From the human T2T-CHM13v2.0 reference genome, Homo sapiens, in assembly GCF_009914755.1 (NCBI RefSeq), contig NC_060947.1: 64,000 nucleotides of DNA. One strand, 5' to 3'. Each line of letters opens with the position of its first letter. Within the stretch, counting starts at the first letter, position 1. A model generated the notes under the pieces. It did no database searches and was not told where the DNA came from. It saw only the letters and a program-made list of their open reading frames with translations. A program made the position numbers and the translations under genes. Below are positions 14,270 to 27,352 of the stretch, piece after piece.

Positions 14270-14930
14270 TATTTACATTTTTCTTTATTGTCTAATTGCA
14301 CGGGTTTAGTCCTCTAGTAACTATATTAATGAGACTCCTTCTTGTCTTATGCCAGATTTTAAATGGAATGTTATTATAGTATGACATTTGTTTTATTTTC
14401 GTCAATATACTTTATCAAGTAAAGGACTTCAATTTTCTGTTTGCTAACATTTTCATCATGAACTATGAAATTCATGAAGTTGAAATTGAAATTTTTAAGC
14501 AAAAGCTTTTTCTGCGTCTGTTGAAATTATCATATGATGCTTCAACTTTAATCTCTTAATTGATGAATTACAGTAATCATTTTTCTAATATGAATGCAGT
14601 CTTGCCTTCTTGGAATAAACATAATCTTACCATAATGCTGCATGCACATAAATATTAATATATATGATATATATGTGAATATAGGTGGGGAAGAAAGAAC
14701 TGAGAAAGGGAGGGGCACAGAGGGAATATGAGTTGGAGTTGTTTGCAGTTTTTTAAAGATTTTAGCATTCATGTTTATGACAAATACCAGCATAAAACTA
14801 TCTCTTGTTATAATGTCCTTGTCTGGTTTTGTTATCAACATTATATGAGCCTAAATAAATCAGTTGAAGGGTACTATATTTTATTCTCTGAAAGTGTGTA
14901 TGATTAAAAGTATTTGTTCATTGTTTGAGG
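14270..14930 (-). mobile_element. Old L1M ORF2 fragment
   Basis: ORF 14548-14841 shows ORF2 RT motifs LITKPDKD / NMNAKI / IMFIP. Confidence 0.7.
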
Positions 14931-14934
14931 GATT

Positions 14935-17118
14935 TTTATTCAATTTTATTTATTTATTTATTACCTTTTATTTTAGGTGCAGGGGTACATGTGAAAGTTT
15001 GTTACATAGCGAACTTGTGTCACGGGGGTTTGTTTTACAGATTATTTCATTACCCAGATATTTAGGCCAGTACCCAATAGTGATCTTTTCTGCTCCTCTC
15101 CCTCCTCCCACCCTCCACCTAAAGTACACCCCAGTGTTTGTTGTTCTCTTCTTTGTGTTCATAAGTTCTCATCATTTAGCTCCTGTGTATAAGTGAGAAC
15201 ATGCAGTATTGGATTTCTGTTCCTGTATTTGTTTGCTAAGGATAACAGCCTCTAGCTCCATCCCTGTTCCCACAAAAGACATGATCTCATTGTGTTTTAT
15301 GGCTGCCTAGTATTCCATGGTGTATATGTGGCACATTTTGTTTATCCAATATGTCATTGATGGGCATTTAGGTTGATTCCATATCTTTGCTATTGTGAAT
15401 AGTGCTGCAATGAACATTTTTGTGCATGTGTCTTTATGGTAGAATGATTTATGTTCCTCTAGGTATATACCCAGTAATGGGATTGCCGGGTTGAATAGTA
15501 GTTCTCTTTTTAGCCTTTTGAAGAATTGTCACACTGATTTCCACAATAGTTCAACTAATTTACACTCCCACCAACAGTGTATAAGTGTTCCTTATTATCC
15601 ATAAACCTCATCAGTATCTGTTATTTTTGACTTTTGAATAGTAGCCATTATGACTTGTGTGAGATGGTATCTCAGGGTGGTTTTGATTTGCATTTCTCTA
15701 ATGATGAGTGACATTGAACTATTTTTCGTATGCTTTTTGGCCACATGTAAGTCTTCTTTTGAAACATGTCTGTTCATGCCCTTTGCCTACTTTTTTATTG
15801 ACCTTTGAGTGCATTTATTGCATATAAATTAACCTCAAAAATGTTTTTAAGAAACTCTAAACGGCCACACAGAATCAAAAATTGTAATACTTCAGGTTCT
15901 GTTTCTTATCTTTACAAGTATGGTGCAATCATCATTTATTTGAAATCTATCATTTAAATGAAAGAATATGTAGTACTACAGTGGGTGGAGACACTTGAGC
16001 TGATACTGTGTATGCTGGGAGACACCCATATAGCAGGGAGTTCTCTGAATTACTTTCCATGTGGAATAAAATTATTTGTTTTTCTCTCTTAAATTTGCTT
16101 AAGTTCCTTATAGATATTAGATATTTGATATTAGACCTTTTCGGATGCATGGTTTGCAAAACTTTTCTCCCATTTCTAAGGTGTCTGTTTACTATGTTGA
16201 TAGTTTATATTGCTGTAAGAAGTATTTAATTAGATCCTATTTGTCAATTTTTGCTTTTGCTGCCATTGCTTTTGGTGTCTTTATCATGAAATCTTTACCC
16301 ATTCCTATGTCCAGTATGTTATTGCCTAGGTTATCTTCCAGGGTTTTTATAGTTTTGGATTTTACACTGAAGTCTTTAATTTGAGTTGATTTTTGTATAT
16401 AATGTAAGGAAGGGGTCCAACTTCAGTTTTCTGCATAAGATTAGCCAGTTATCCCAACGCCATTTATTGAATAGGGAGTCTTTTTCCCATCGTTTTTGTC
16501 AGCTTTGTAGATGATCAGATGGTCATAGGTGTGCAGCATTATTTCTGGGCTCTTGATTCTGTTCCATTGGTCTATGTGCCTGTTTTCGTACCAGTAACAT
16601 GCTGTTTTGGTTACCGTAGCCCTGTGGTGTAGTTCAAAGTCAGGTAACGTGATGCCTCCAGCTTTGTTCTTTTTGCTTAGGATTGCCTGGGCTATTTGGG
16701 GTCTTTTTTGGTCCCATATGAATTTTACAGTAATTTTTTCCAGTTCTGTGAAAAATGTCCTTGGTAGTTTCACAAAAATAACATTGAATCTGTAGATTGC
16801 TTTGGGAGGTATGGCCATTTTAGTGATATGATTCTCTCTATCCATGAGCATGCGATGTTTTTCCACTTGTTTGTTCCATCTCTGATTACTTTGAGCAGTG
16901 TTTTGTAAATCTTATTGTAGAGATCTTTTACCTCCCTGGTTGGCTCATTCAGCTGATAACAACTTCAGCAGTTTCAGGATACAAAATCAATGTACAACCA
17001 TCACTAGCATTCCTATGCAACAACAGCCAAGCCAAGGCCCAAATCAGGAAGGCAATCCCATTCACAACTGACACAAACAGAATAAAATACCTAGGAATAC
17101 AGCTAACCAGAGATGTGA
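14935..17118 (-). mobile_element. L1PA13-16-like element with 5' inversion (16946-17118 on +)
   Basis: T-tail, caggggtacatgtgaaagtttgttacatag 3'UTR, ORF2 remnants (ORF 16441-16866); strand flip at ~16945. Confidence 0.9.
15791..16060 (-). pseudogene. Candidate 5'-truncated retrocopy or orphan transduction inserted in L1
   Basis: non-L1 segment interrupts the L1 consensus; minus strand ends GCAATAAATGCACTCAAAGGTCAATAAAAAAA; short TSD-like TACTTT on both sides. Confidence 0.4.
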
Positions 17119-17199
17119 TTAATTTTTGAAAACAAATTATCCTAAAGTTTTGTTTGCATAAAAATTATAATGAATTCACTCTTACTTTTAAGAGATACT

Positions 17200-18000
17200 T
17201 TCTAAATACATGATTATTGGCGATTTCCTGGCTCCCATCATTGCAGTTGTCATCTTAACTCTAATTGTTAGTCTTTTTAGATGGCCTATATGATTTATCT
17301 GGCTGATTTTAATATTAATTCTTAGTTTTAGTGTTTTTCAAGATTATCTATATTGTGCTTAGATTTGGACTTTATCTTATTCATCCTGTTTTGGATTTGT
17401 TGGGGATTCCTAGTTTGGAGATTTATTTCTTTCCTCAATTGTGTAAAATATTTAGCTATTAACTCATTGAAAATTTCTTATCCTCCTTTTTTTTCTATTC
17501 CATCCCTCTAGTGTTTTGATCAGATGCCTTTTAATCTTTTTCAGTCTGTCATGCATTATTTTAGACGTTTATTCATACTTTCCATCTCTTAGTTTCTGTG
17601 TGCTAAATTCTGAGTAATTTCAGATACACTAGAAAGTTTGCCAATTCTTTTCAGCTATGTTCAACATGCTGTTTAATCAACATGAAGCTTTATTTTAAAC
17701 TTGACACCAAGTTTTAATTAAGTGACATTTTTAACTTCTAGAAAGATCTATTTTATGCTCTGTCAAATTTTCCTAGTTAAATATGATGGTTTCTTATTTC
17801 TTACTCATGCTTAAATACCTTCTTTTATTTCTCTAGACATGTTAAATATACTAACTCATTTTATAATATTTTTCTGATAATTCCAGTGTTCAAAGTCTTT
17901 GCTATTTGGTTGAATTTGACAATCGCGATGTTTCTGTTGCCATTGTCTCACAGATTTTAGTTTGTTTGTTTGTCTGTATTTTGTATGACTTTGATTACTA
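17200..18000 (-). mobile_element. Old L1M ORF1/HAL1-like fragment
   Basis: T-rich antisense with ttcctcaattgtgtaaaatatttagctatt and ttcagctatgttcaacatgctgtttaatc motifs. Confidence 0.55.
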
Positions 18001-18964
18001 ACTAAACATTAAGTATGTAAATATATCTATGAAACAATGACTTAAGAATCAAATTAAAGGAATTCACTTCTTTGATAGGTGAAATGACATAAAATCTATG
18101 ATTGCTTTGACAGATATAAAGAGGTATTTTTTAACATTTATCAACCATTCTAGATTTCTTACTTTTAACGAAGTAGTAAAAAAGAATAAAAAAAAATTTC
18201 TAAATAATGAAATGATGTGCATCTTCAACAAAATATCACACAGGTAATGATACAGGGTGATGTATGCCTTTAAAACTTTATTGTTTAAAAAAGCATGTGT
18301 TTCACAGATGTAGGAAAACAGGCTTTCCAGGATGTTAGGAAGCTAGAAAGAAGTACTTCTTAAGTACTTTTGGGTATAAACTCCATTTGTCTTCCTAGGT
18401 AGGGATGCGACTTCACTAATACTGAGTTTTGGCCATCACCAGGGAAAACGTACTGTTTGCAAACATCCCCTTAATTGGAAATACTAAGCAAAGAGGCTGT
18501 ATAAATTTTTCTTGAATAGTTATGTGAGCCATGAATATATGAAAACTATGGAACAACTCAAAATTAAGCTTTTTTTTTTTAAGCTGGTAAGACTCTACCT
18601 GTTTCAGACAGCATCATCAAAACCTGGGTAACACTCAGTGGAAGACTGGGAGCCAAGAGCTATTGTACTGTGATAATTTGTGTCTTTTAGGTTTCTGTGT
18701 TTTTAGCTACATTAGTCTGGAAGTTACAGTGAAGTGTGAATGGAGGTGTTAGACTTTTCCAATCAATCAATAATACATCTGAAATCATACAATAGGACAC
18801 TAATACCAGGTGCTGATTGGTATCAGCTGAGTCAAAAACAGTACTATGCTCAGTTTGGAAAATAATATGTATTAAACACATCGTCTTCTTGGAAATTTAG
18901 AATTACAATGGATAAGTAGAAGTTCTGTGATTTCTAGCAATAAAGCAAATAACTTCGTTTAGAG

Positions 18965-19200
18965 CAGGGGTTAGCAAACTCTTTTTTTTTTTTTTTTTTT
19001 TGATGTATAAGGGCCAGATAGTAAATATTTTTAACTTTGTAGCCCATATGTCTCTGTTGCATCGAATCAATTCTACATTTGTTGTGGGAAGCAACCATAG
19101 ATAATACTTCAACAGTTATAGCTGTGTTTCAATAAAACTTTATTTACAAAGACAGGCAGAGGGCTGTATATGGCCCAGGTACCATATACAAGAGTAATTG
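18965..19200 (-). mobile_element. MER58A
   Basis: caggggttagcaaac...aagggccagatagtaaatattt...caataaaactttatttacaaa. Confidence 0.85.
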
Positions 19201-20017
19201 ACCATTTTCTACACTAATTTGATCACAGATTTTTTTTAACCCAAATCTCAATTAATAACCAAATATTTTTAAATAAAAAGAAACTAAAATGATGGATAAA
19301 TCTTACTAGATAAGCAAAGATAATTATGTTTAAATGTGATTTTCTATTTTTTGGCTTTATATAAATCTTACAGAAGATTTATTACATATTATTGAAAAAT
19401 ATCAAGATAGTAGGATAGCAAAATGAATTTTTAAACTGTTGTTTTCTATTACACATGGACTTTAACAATATCCTGTCTTGTGATTATCGTAATGTTATGG
19501 AGAATCAGTTGAAAGGCATGGTATCCAGATCTGGGGATAACCAAACAGAAAATATTAAAACTACGATTACAAATTAAACAGATATTGTAAACTTTATGTA
19601 TTTTCTAATTTTTTCTGTGTTAAACACTTTTTACCTTTTGTCAAAATTTCCAAGTCAAATATGGTAGTTTCTAATTTTTTACTCTTACTTCAATATCCTG
19701 TTTTATTTCTCTAAACATGTTAAATATTCTCACTCATTTCCGTGAGTAGATTTTTAAAAAATACTTATTTCCATAAGCGAGAATTTTTAAAAAAAATTCT
19801 GTGATGAAATAAAGCAGGAAATGGTCAACTATTCTAACTTATGGCACATAGGCTATATGCAGTTCTTGGCTTGTGTTTTTAAATAAAGTTTTATGGAAAC
19901 ACAGCCATGCCTATTTGTTGAAGTATTTTCTATAGATGCTTCTCACAACAAATGCAGAATTGATTGGATGCATCAGAGAACTACAGGCTGCAAAGTCGAG
20001 AATATTTCCTATCAGGC

Positions 20018-20737
20018 TGTGAAATGAAAATAAATCTCTGGACTCCCAAATCACTAAGCCAAATGGAAAAGTCAAGCTGGGAAATGCTTAGGGCAAACCT
20101 GATTCCCATTCTATTCCAAAAAAAGAGAAAATATCTACTAATATAAAAAAGCTACATATCTCCCTCACTATTTGACCACAAGGAAATTCCTTGTGGGCAC
20201 AAAAACAAACAGAACTCAAAGTCATCCATCTGCTCATGTGAGACAAATGCATATGTGATTGCTTCCTTTTTGCTATTGTTTCACTAAGCCAGACTAAAAC
20301 GAAAATGACTATTCCTCGAAATTGCCTGTTCACTGAAAGGCTAATCAGAAACTCAAAAGAATGCAACTATTTGTCTCTTATCTACCTATGACCTAAAATG
20401 AAAATGACTATTCCTCGAAATTGCCTGTTCACTGAAAGGCTAATCAGAAACTCAAAAGAATGCAACTATTTGTCTCTTATCTACCTATGACCTGGAAGCC
20501 CCCTCCCTGCTTTGAGTTGTTCTGCCTTTCTGGACTGATCCAATGTACATCTTACATATATTTAGCGATGTTTCCTGTCTCCCTAAAATGTGTAAAATGA
20601 AACTGTGCTTCAGCCACCTTGGCTACTTTACGTCAGGACATCCTGAGGCTGTGTCACAGGCATGAGTGTGTCCTTAACCTTGGCAAAATAAACTTTCTTA
20701 ATTGCCTGAGAACTGTCTCAGATACCTAGGGTTCACA
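20018..20737 (+). mobile_element. MER4A-family ERV1 solo LTR
   Basis: TG...CA termini; tgtgaaatgaaaataaatc...cactaagccaaatggaaaagtcaagctggg; 4-bp TSD AGGC/GGGC; AATAAA near the 3' end. Confidence 0.85.
20294..20493. repeat. 99-bp tandem duplication inside MER4A
   Basis: two copies starting at 20294 and 20393, one C/T difference. Confidence 0.95.
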
Positions 20738-20911
20738 GGGCCTTTGTAGAAAAAAAAATTGACATAACATGGGTCCAAGAACTGAAAAGCCAACTCTGTA
20801 GCTGACACAAGGAGGTATTTAACTAATATTTGATAAATGTTGACAACATGGCTACCAAATCACATATGTGGCATCCTGTAGCCCATACCTCATAATTACC
20901 TTTTTGTCATT

Positions 20912-21436
20912 TGTTAGGAATAACGCTCAAAATCCTGAGGAAATTGAACGCTCGAACAAAGGATTCTTAGCAAAGCAATTTTACTTCTGCGCAGAGAGGT
21001 GCCTCCTTGGCCAGTCACCGTGAGAGCACATCTGAACAAAGGGGCACGAGAGCCTTTATTCCTGACGCAAGTCCTGCCCCTGCACCCTTTCCCTATTGGC
21101 TGGGGTCGGGTGGTACAATTTAAACTGATCCCGGTTGGCTAAACATTTGATTTTTTTTTTTTTAAATAAGGTGGGCACGTAAAGGAAAGCAGAGAGGAAA
21201 GGGGAAGGGGTGGCTGTAATGAGCTAGAAAGTTATAGTCCTCTTTGCAAATAAGGAAAGGAATGTGAGCCGGTACTGGTAACGCCTGGTACTGTGGCGTG
21301 CCTGGGCATCTATCTAACAAAGGCAAAAAGAAAAAAAAGGAGAAAAAGGGAAAAAGGTGGGGGGGGGGGGGTACTACGGATTAAAGAATAAAAGATTGAT
21401 CAGGTTATTTGAAGAGAAACCTCATCATATCCCACA
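20912..21436 (-). mobile_element. LTR10-family (HERV-I/HERVIP10) solo LTR
   Basis: TG/CA termini, perfect 5-bp TSD TCATT; minus strand starts TGTGGGATATGATGAGGTTTCTCTTCAAA; CCAAT box and TGACGC motif. Confidence 0.8.
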
Positions 21437-21669
21437 TCATTGTATTTGATACTTTAGTATTATCGAGCAATCTATCAGTGAATCCTAAAAAAGGTATTAT
21501 GAACAAATTATGCAGATTTTCTCTTTCTACTGTCTAAATGTAATAAAAGTGTTTTCATTCTTTTGTTTGATAGGTATATCCTAACTGTATAATTGGCCCT
21601 TCATTTCTTAAATATTATCTCAAAATGGGGCATTCCTGAAGATATTAAGGAAAATATTTATATGGAAGA

Positions 21670-21855
21670 GAATAGGATTCACCTTTGGTTTAATCCCTGT
21701 GTGGATGCAAACAAATCACTTTACTTCTCCAACCGTCTGTTTAATCACTGGTAAAATAGAATAATTAAACATTTTTCTCAAGGTTATTATGATAATTACA
21801 TGATATCATTTATGTGGAAATCTGAGTAGAGTTCCTAGCTCTTAGCAGGCATCTG
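21670..21855 (+). mobile_element. MIR
   Basis: aacaaatcactttacttctcc...gtaaaatagaataat...ggttattatgataattacatgatatc. Confidence 0.6.
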
Positions 21856-23099
21856 AGAAAGGATAGTTGCATCTGAAGGAGAAATGACTCCCTATTTTAT
21901 TAACTTTATTCATCATCACTTATTCCAAATGTGTTTGGAAAGCAGATTTCATCCTTTAGAAGGCTCACTTACGGGAATCAACAGAAAAATAAAAATACAT
22001 ATTATTCACATTTCAAAACAAGATATGGTAAGAATTCACCACATGGTTTGGAAGTAGTTTCTACCACAGAGTAGTGTGGTAATAGAGTTCTAAATAGTGT
22101 AGTAATTGCAAGATATCATTATTCACTCTCATGACAATTTCAGAGCAACAGCTTGGTAAAGGCCGCACTTGCATTACTAATAGTTCTAAGACTTTGCTCA
22201 TTTTAAAAGCATTCAATCAGGAAAACCTTCCTTTCCACCAATGATTTCCAATCATAAGCCTCTCTCAGCAGGCTGTAATGCATTTCTCATTATGATGCTC
22301 TATCCCACCTGGCGTGCCGCTCAGCTACCCCTCACGATTTTACTTCAGATTAGAAATACACTACCTCTATTGTACAGACTTTCAAATATCAGAAAAGAAA
22401 CCTAATTTGGGTCTACACAGAATGCCAAATCACTACATAATAATGTATCAAAAGACTATGTGATACCAAAATATTAATTTGAATCAAACTTACTTTTAAA
22501 AAATAGCTGTCATAATGTTTGTACGAGTCTATTCAAAGTCTTATTTAATTTTTTAAAAAGATAGAAACTCTGAACTACATCACGAGATGATTTTTGGCAA
22601 TCACTGTCTAACATAAGCAAAGGTATCTGAATATGTCCATCGTGGAATCTGGTTCGCTGCCTATACACCTCTATACATAGCAGTTTCAATTAGGGAATCT
22701 GCCTTATTCTTTAAATGGCCCCAGATGACATAATCTAATTCTAAGCTCCAGTTTTCATTAGTGTGCCATAGTCTCAAGCATTAATACCTACCTCATTTAA
22801 TCGCATTCATGTATACTTTTCTAGTCTGACTTTAATAATACCAACTTTAAGATTTTCTTTTTTGCAGTATTATAAATATCATGCCTGGGAGAAGTATATT
22901 CTAGGATTTCAGTCAGCAAGCTTAGAGGAAAGGTTGGCTGATCAATTAGCTATTCCTCCAGCAACTCACAGACATCCAAGTTTTGGCTTTTGTTTTACTG
23001 TTCGTGTACCTGAATCACCCTTCTTTTCCTTTTTCCCTGAAAAACTTGTTTCTTTTTTTCACTTAAGCCGCCTCTGTCTTTCCCACAGCAATGGCCTCT

Positions 23100-23760
23100 G
23101 TAAGTTGTTTTATTTTATCCTTCACTAGACCAAAAATTCTTCTAAGGCAGAGACGTATCATTTATTTTTTTCTTCTATACTTTGCACATTAGGAAGCGGG
23201 GAGCTGAGGTGCTACATAAGGATTTGCTTAAATTAGAAGAATGTATTGTGAATCATAAAGTAAATATTCACACCTCATTAGAATCCGAAGACCTAATGCC
23301 TTTCACTTTCCTTCCAAGATATCTACAACTGGCCTTTATCCTCCACTTTGCCATGTATTTAATAGCATTGAGCATTTCTATGATGTTTTGTCACCTGTTT
23401 TCTAATTCTAGTTTCCATGCTCCCCAAGTCATATTTACATAACTGTTCACTCCACCTTTCCCTTGGGAATTTTATAGACCTGATGGTTTTTGAGTCATGT
23501 CTGAGTTCAAAGCTCAGTTCCCATCCTCAATAATCATGTGATCATAGGCAACCCACTAACTCATATTTTTCACTGACCATAAAAAAACGTATCTTTGCAC
23601 ACCTGTTTAACACCACAGTTATAACTTCCTCAAAAACATAGGTATGTTTTAGTCTCCCACAGCTAGGATCATGTCTGATACAGGTGTGCTCTGAGGGATG
23701 AATTCATTCATTCCTTTATTTATTCTCTCATCCATTCATTGTATTTTGTTTGAGAACACT
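23100..23760 (+). mobile_element. L2/MIR fragments
   Basis: cactagacc...aaggcagagac L2 3' motifs; gaattcattcattc tail repeats. Confidence 0.45.
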
Positions 23761-24199
23761 TTTATTTTACTTCGGTTATAGCATCTTGAAGTGAGGCAGT
23801 CCTGGGATCAGTTTCTGGCTTTCTCACTTACTACCTGTGCCTTTTCATATTTGGTTTTTATTTTTTAACATGTCCAACTTTCCCACTTGATTATGGACTC
23901 CTTAAGGGCAAGGAATGTATATTATTTATCTTTATGTTGTTCTCCTTCATTGGTTGTCACGATGTTTCAAAATTTGAGTTTGTTTGTTAGTTTTTTGAGA
24001 TTTTTATTTGTTTATTTTTAAGACTTCAGATTATTCTAAGGAAATTCAGGCATGAGAATGAGTGATCTGTAGTGAAAAGATTTTAGTTTGTAAAATCAGA
24101 TAGGGTTTGGAAAAATCCCACCTCTAGCCTCCACCTACCTGGGGAACTTTAAACTAGATTCTTAAATATTCTGAGCCTCAGATTCCAAATGGTAAACTA

Positions 24200-24652
<453 letters not shown>

Positions 24653-24859
24653 AAGTTAGTATATTATTAAGAAATGTTTTCAAAGTGTCCAGCAGAGAGC
24701 CTAGCACATGGTATATCCCTATCCTAGACCATTTATTTGCGCTCCAAACACACAAATTAATCTCTACTGTTGATCTTAACTCCTAGATATCTTAAAAACT
24801 CCTCAAACTCAGAAGTGGATACCAAACTATAATATTACACATTGTATGTATCCAAGTCC

Positions 24860-25335
24860 CAGTAGTTACAGATGACTCCTTGGAAAGGGATAAACAGAAA
24901 GACTATTTACAAATATTGTGGTCAGGTTTATAGAAACCAACAAGGGATCTTGAACCACCCTAGCACAATAAGAGTGAGAAGATGTGGCCATTCATAGGCC
25001 CGAAGGGGACAGGAGAAAACGACATAACTGGAGTCTTTAGCCAATAATAGCTTAGGAGTGAACTACCCTACAACAACAGTGGCGTTATGTCATAGGAATA
25101 AAACCGCTAATAGACTGTGGACAAGCAAGAAGTGCAAGGGAAATAATACATCAGTGTCTCTCTCCAACTGCCCAGTGATCTCCTGCCGGAGGCTCTCATT
25201 GGCCAAATACATCAAGATACCAGACAGCAAGGAGGATGAGTCTATGCAGTCGATAACGGCAGCATCCCAGGGCAGAAATAGGTTGGAGAAGAGAAAAGAA
25301 AAAAATCAAGAAAGGTAAATGGAAGGTATCTACCA
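24860..25335 (-). mobile_element. Ancient ERVL/MaLR LTR (MLT1M/LTR79-like)
   Basis: gatctcctgccggaggctctcattggcc...aaatggaaggtatctacca resembles old MLT1/LTR79 ends. Confidence 0.45.
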
Positions 25336-25375
25336 TATCTACAAAAACCTAGTCCTCTTCCAAAGTACCCTATCT

Positions 25376-25842
25376 TGAGGGAAGAGAGAGACCCTCTCAT
25401 ATTGTTTTACACTCAGAAAAGGAAAGAGAAGCAAAACTAAAGACAGGTAGCCCGGCCCCTAGGAACCAGACCCGAAACGAGGCCTGGGCCTGCCTGACCT
25501 AAGCCTGGTAGCTAAAATTCGACCCCTGACCTAGCAACTGTTGCTATCTATAGATTCCAAACATTGGATGGAAGGACATTGTGACACTTCCCGTTCTGTT
25601 CTGTTTCACTCTGACCACCGGTGCTCGCAGCCCCTGTCACGTACCCCCTGGCTTGCTCAATCGATCACGACCCTCTCATGCGGATCCCCTTAGAGTTGTG
25701 AGCCCTTAAAAAGGACAGAAGCTGAGCACCTGAGGAGCTGGGATTTTAAGACGCTAGCCTGCAGATGCTCCCAGCTGATTAAAGCCACTCCCTTCACCAT
25801 CTCGATGTCTGAGGGGTTTTGTCCGTGGCTCGTCCTGCTACA
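25376..25842 (+). mobile_element. LTR2B-like (HERV-E/Harlequin) solo LTR
   Basis: TGAGGGAAGAGAGAGACCCTCTCATATTG...GTCCTGCTACA; perfect 4-bp TSD ATCT; many CpGs retained. Confidence 0.85.
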
Positions 25843-25846
25843 ATCT

Positions 25847-26480
25847 CAAGAATCAATCCTATTCGCCATGAAGTTGCAGAAGCTATGTCCCTGGCACTTA
25901 CCCTCAACAACTGTTTCGTCATCATTCCCCACACACAATTCAGGAGAAAGTTCTTAATTTTACTTTCAAAATTATTATAGAATCAGTTCACTTTTCTCCA
26001 TCTCCACCACCACCATTGCCAAGCTATCCTTACATTTCGCCTTGATGATTCTATGAGCTTCTTAACTCATCTGCCCGTTCCTGCTCTGGACTCCTTCCAA
26101 TATGTTCTCTGAGGAATGAGGAATGCTGAGAGATAAGGTGAACAAGATAGGTCCTGAGGTGCATTGTACACAAAGGAGAACCTCGGCACTGATCAGAGAA
26201 ATTGACTGTGTATTAATTGTAACACACTGTGTGTACCACATTCTGTTATTACTTACACATTAGTGTTATTACTAACACATACTTAAAATAAGTAACACAT
26301 TCTATGTAACACATTATGTTATTACTTACACATTCTGCAATTGACAGTTTACTTACTGATCTTTACCATTATGGTTTAAGGCTCGAAGGCAATTATCATG
26401 TCTTGTTCATCATCATATTCTCAGCACTTAGCCTAGTACCTGACATACGGTAGATGTTCAATAAATATTTATTAAATATT
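25847..26480 (+). mobile_element. L2 fragments (host of LTR2B)
   Basis: ttcacttttctccatctccaccaccacc...; 3' end tagtacctgacatacggtagatgttcaataaatatttatt. Confidence 0.65.
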
Positions 26481-26809
26481 CATATTGCTGGCTCAGCATT
26501 GTAGTCATTAAAATCTCACAACAAGGAGATACTTCAGACTCCAGTAATAAATGTTTTCATTGTTTCTGCAGCAACCACGCTCAAAATCTCTGGGAGCACC
26601 ACTTGCTGTAACTTCCCAGTAAAGTCTAAACTTATAGTACGTTGCAGTACTCAGGGTATAAGGGAATCTGTCTTTCGGCGGCTAGTCTTATTTCCTAGAT
26701 ATTTTGTATACATTCCTTTGTGTATGTATGTGTGAGTGTGTGCGCGAGAGAAATAGACAGTGAGGGAGAGAGGAGGAGGAGAAAAGGGAGTAGTAATAGT
26801 AGAAGAGTC

Positions 26810-27025
26810 ATGACAAACATTCACTGAGCATTTATTATGTGCCTGGCTAAGCACTTCGAATACGTTATCCCATATAATCCTCACAATCACCATACATGAG
26901 GCTGAGAGACTTGAAATGACTTATCTCTTACCATATGTAAACTACCATATTACACAGTAAATAAAAGAACGAACCAGATTTTAAATCTAGTTTTATCTGA
27001 CTTCAGAGCCTAAATTCTTCCCTAC
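26810..27025 (-). mobile_element. MIR
   Basis: cactgagcatttattatgtgcctggc...taatcctcacaatcacc. Confidence 0.75.
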
Positions 27026-27029
27026 ATGA

Positions 27030-27253
27030 CAGGGGCTATCAAACTTTCTCGGTAAATGGCCAAATAGTAAATATTTGTGGCTTTGCAGTTTATAAAGTGT
27101 CTGTCACAACTACTCAAGTCTGCCACTGTAGCACAAAATCAGTCATAGACAATACATAAATGAATGAGCATGGCTGTGTCCCAATGAAACGATATTTGTA
27201 AAATCAGGTAGTGGGCCCGCTTTGACCCCTGAATAACAGTGAGCTGACATCTG
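27030..27253 (-). mobile_element. MER58A
   Basis: caggggctatcaaactttc...caaatagtaaatattt...catggctgtgtcccaatgaaac. Confidence 0.8.
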
Positions 27254-27261
27254 CTCTATGT

Positions 27262-27352
27262 CAGGTGTTTCTCAACCTTGGCTACACCAAAAGATTACCT
27301 GAGAAACTTTACAAATGAAAATGTCTAGATTATACACCAGAGCAGTTGATCC
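27262..27352 (+). mobile_element. MER5 fragment
   Basis: tttctcaaccttggctacacc...attacctgagaaacttt. Confidence 0.55.

Larger units (their letters stand above)
19825..20772 (+). mobile_element. MER58A split by a MER4A LTR
   Basis: aataaagttttatggaaacacagccatgc...aatatttcctatcaggc, resuming gggcctttgtagaaaaa after the LTR. Confidence 0.75.
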
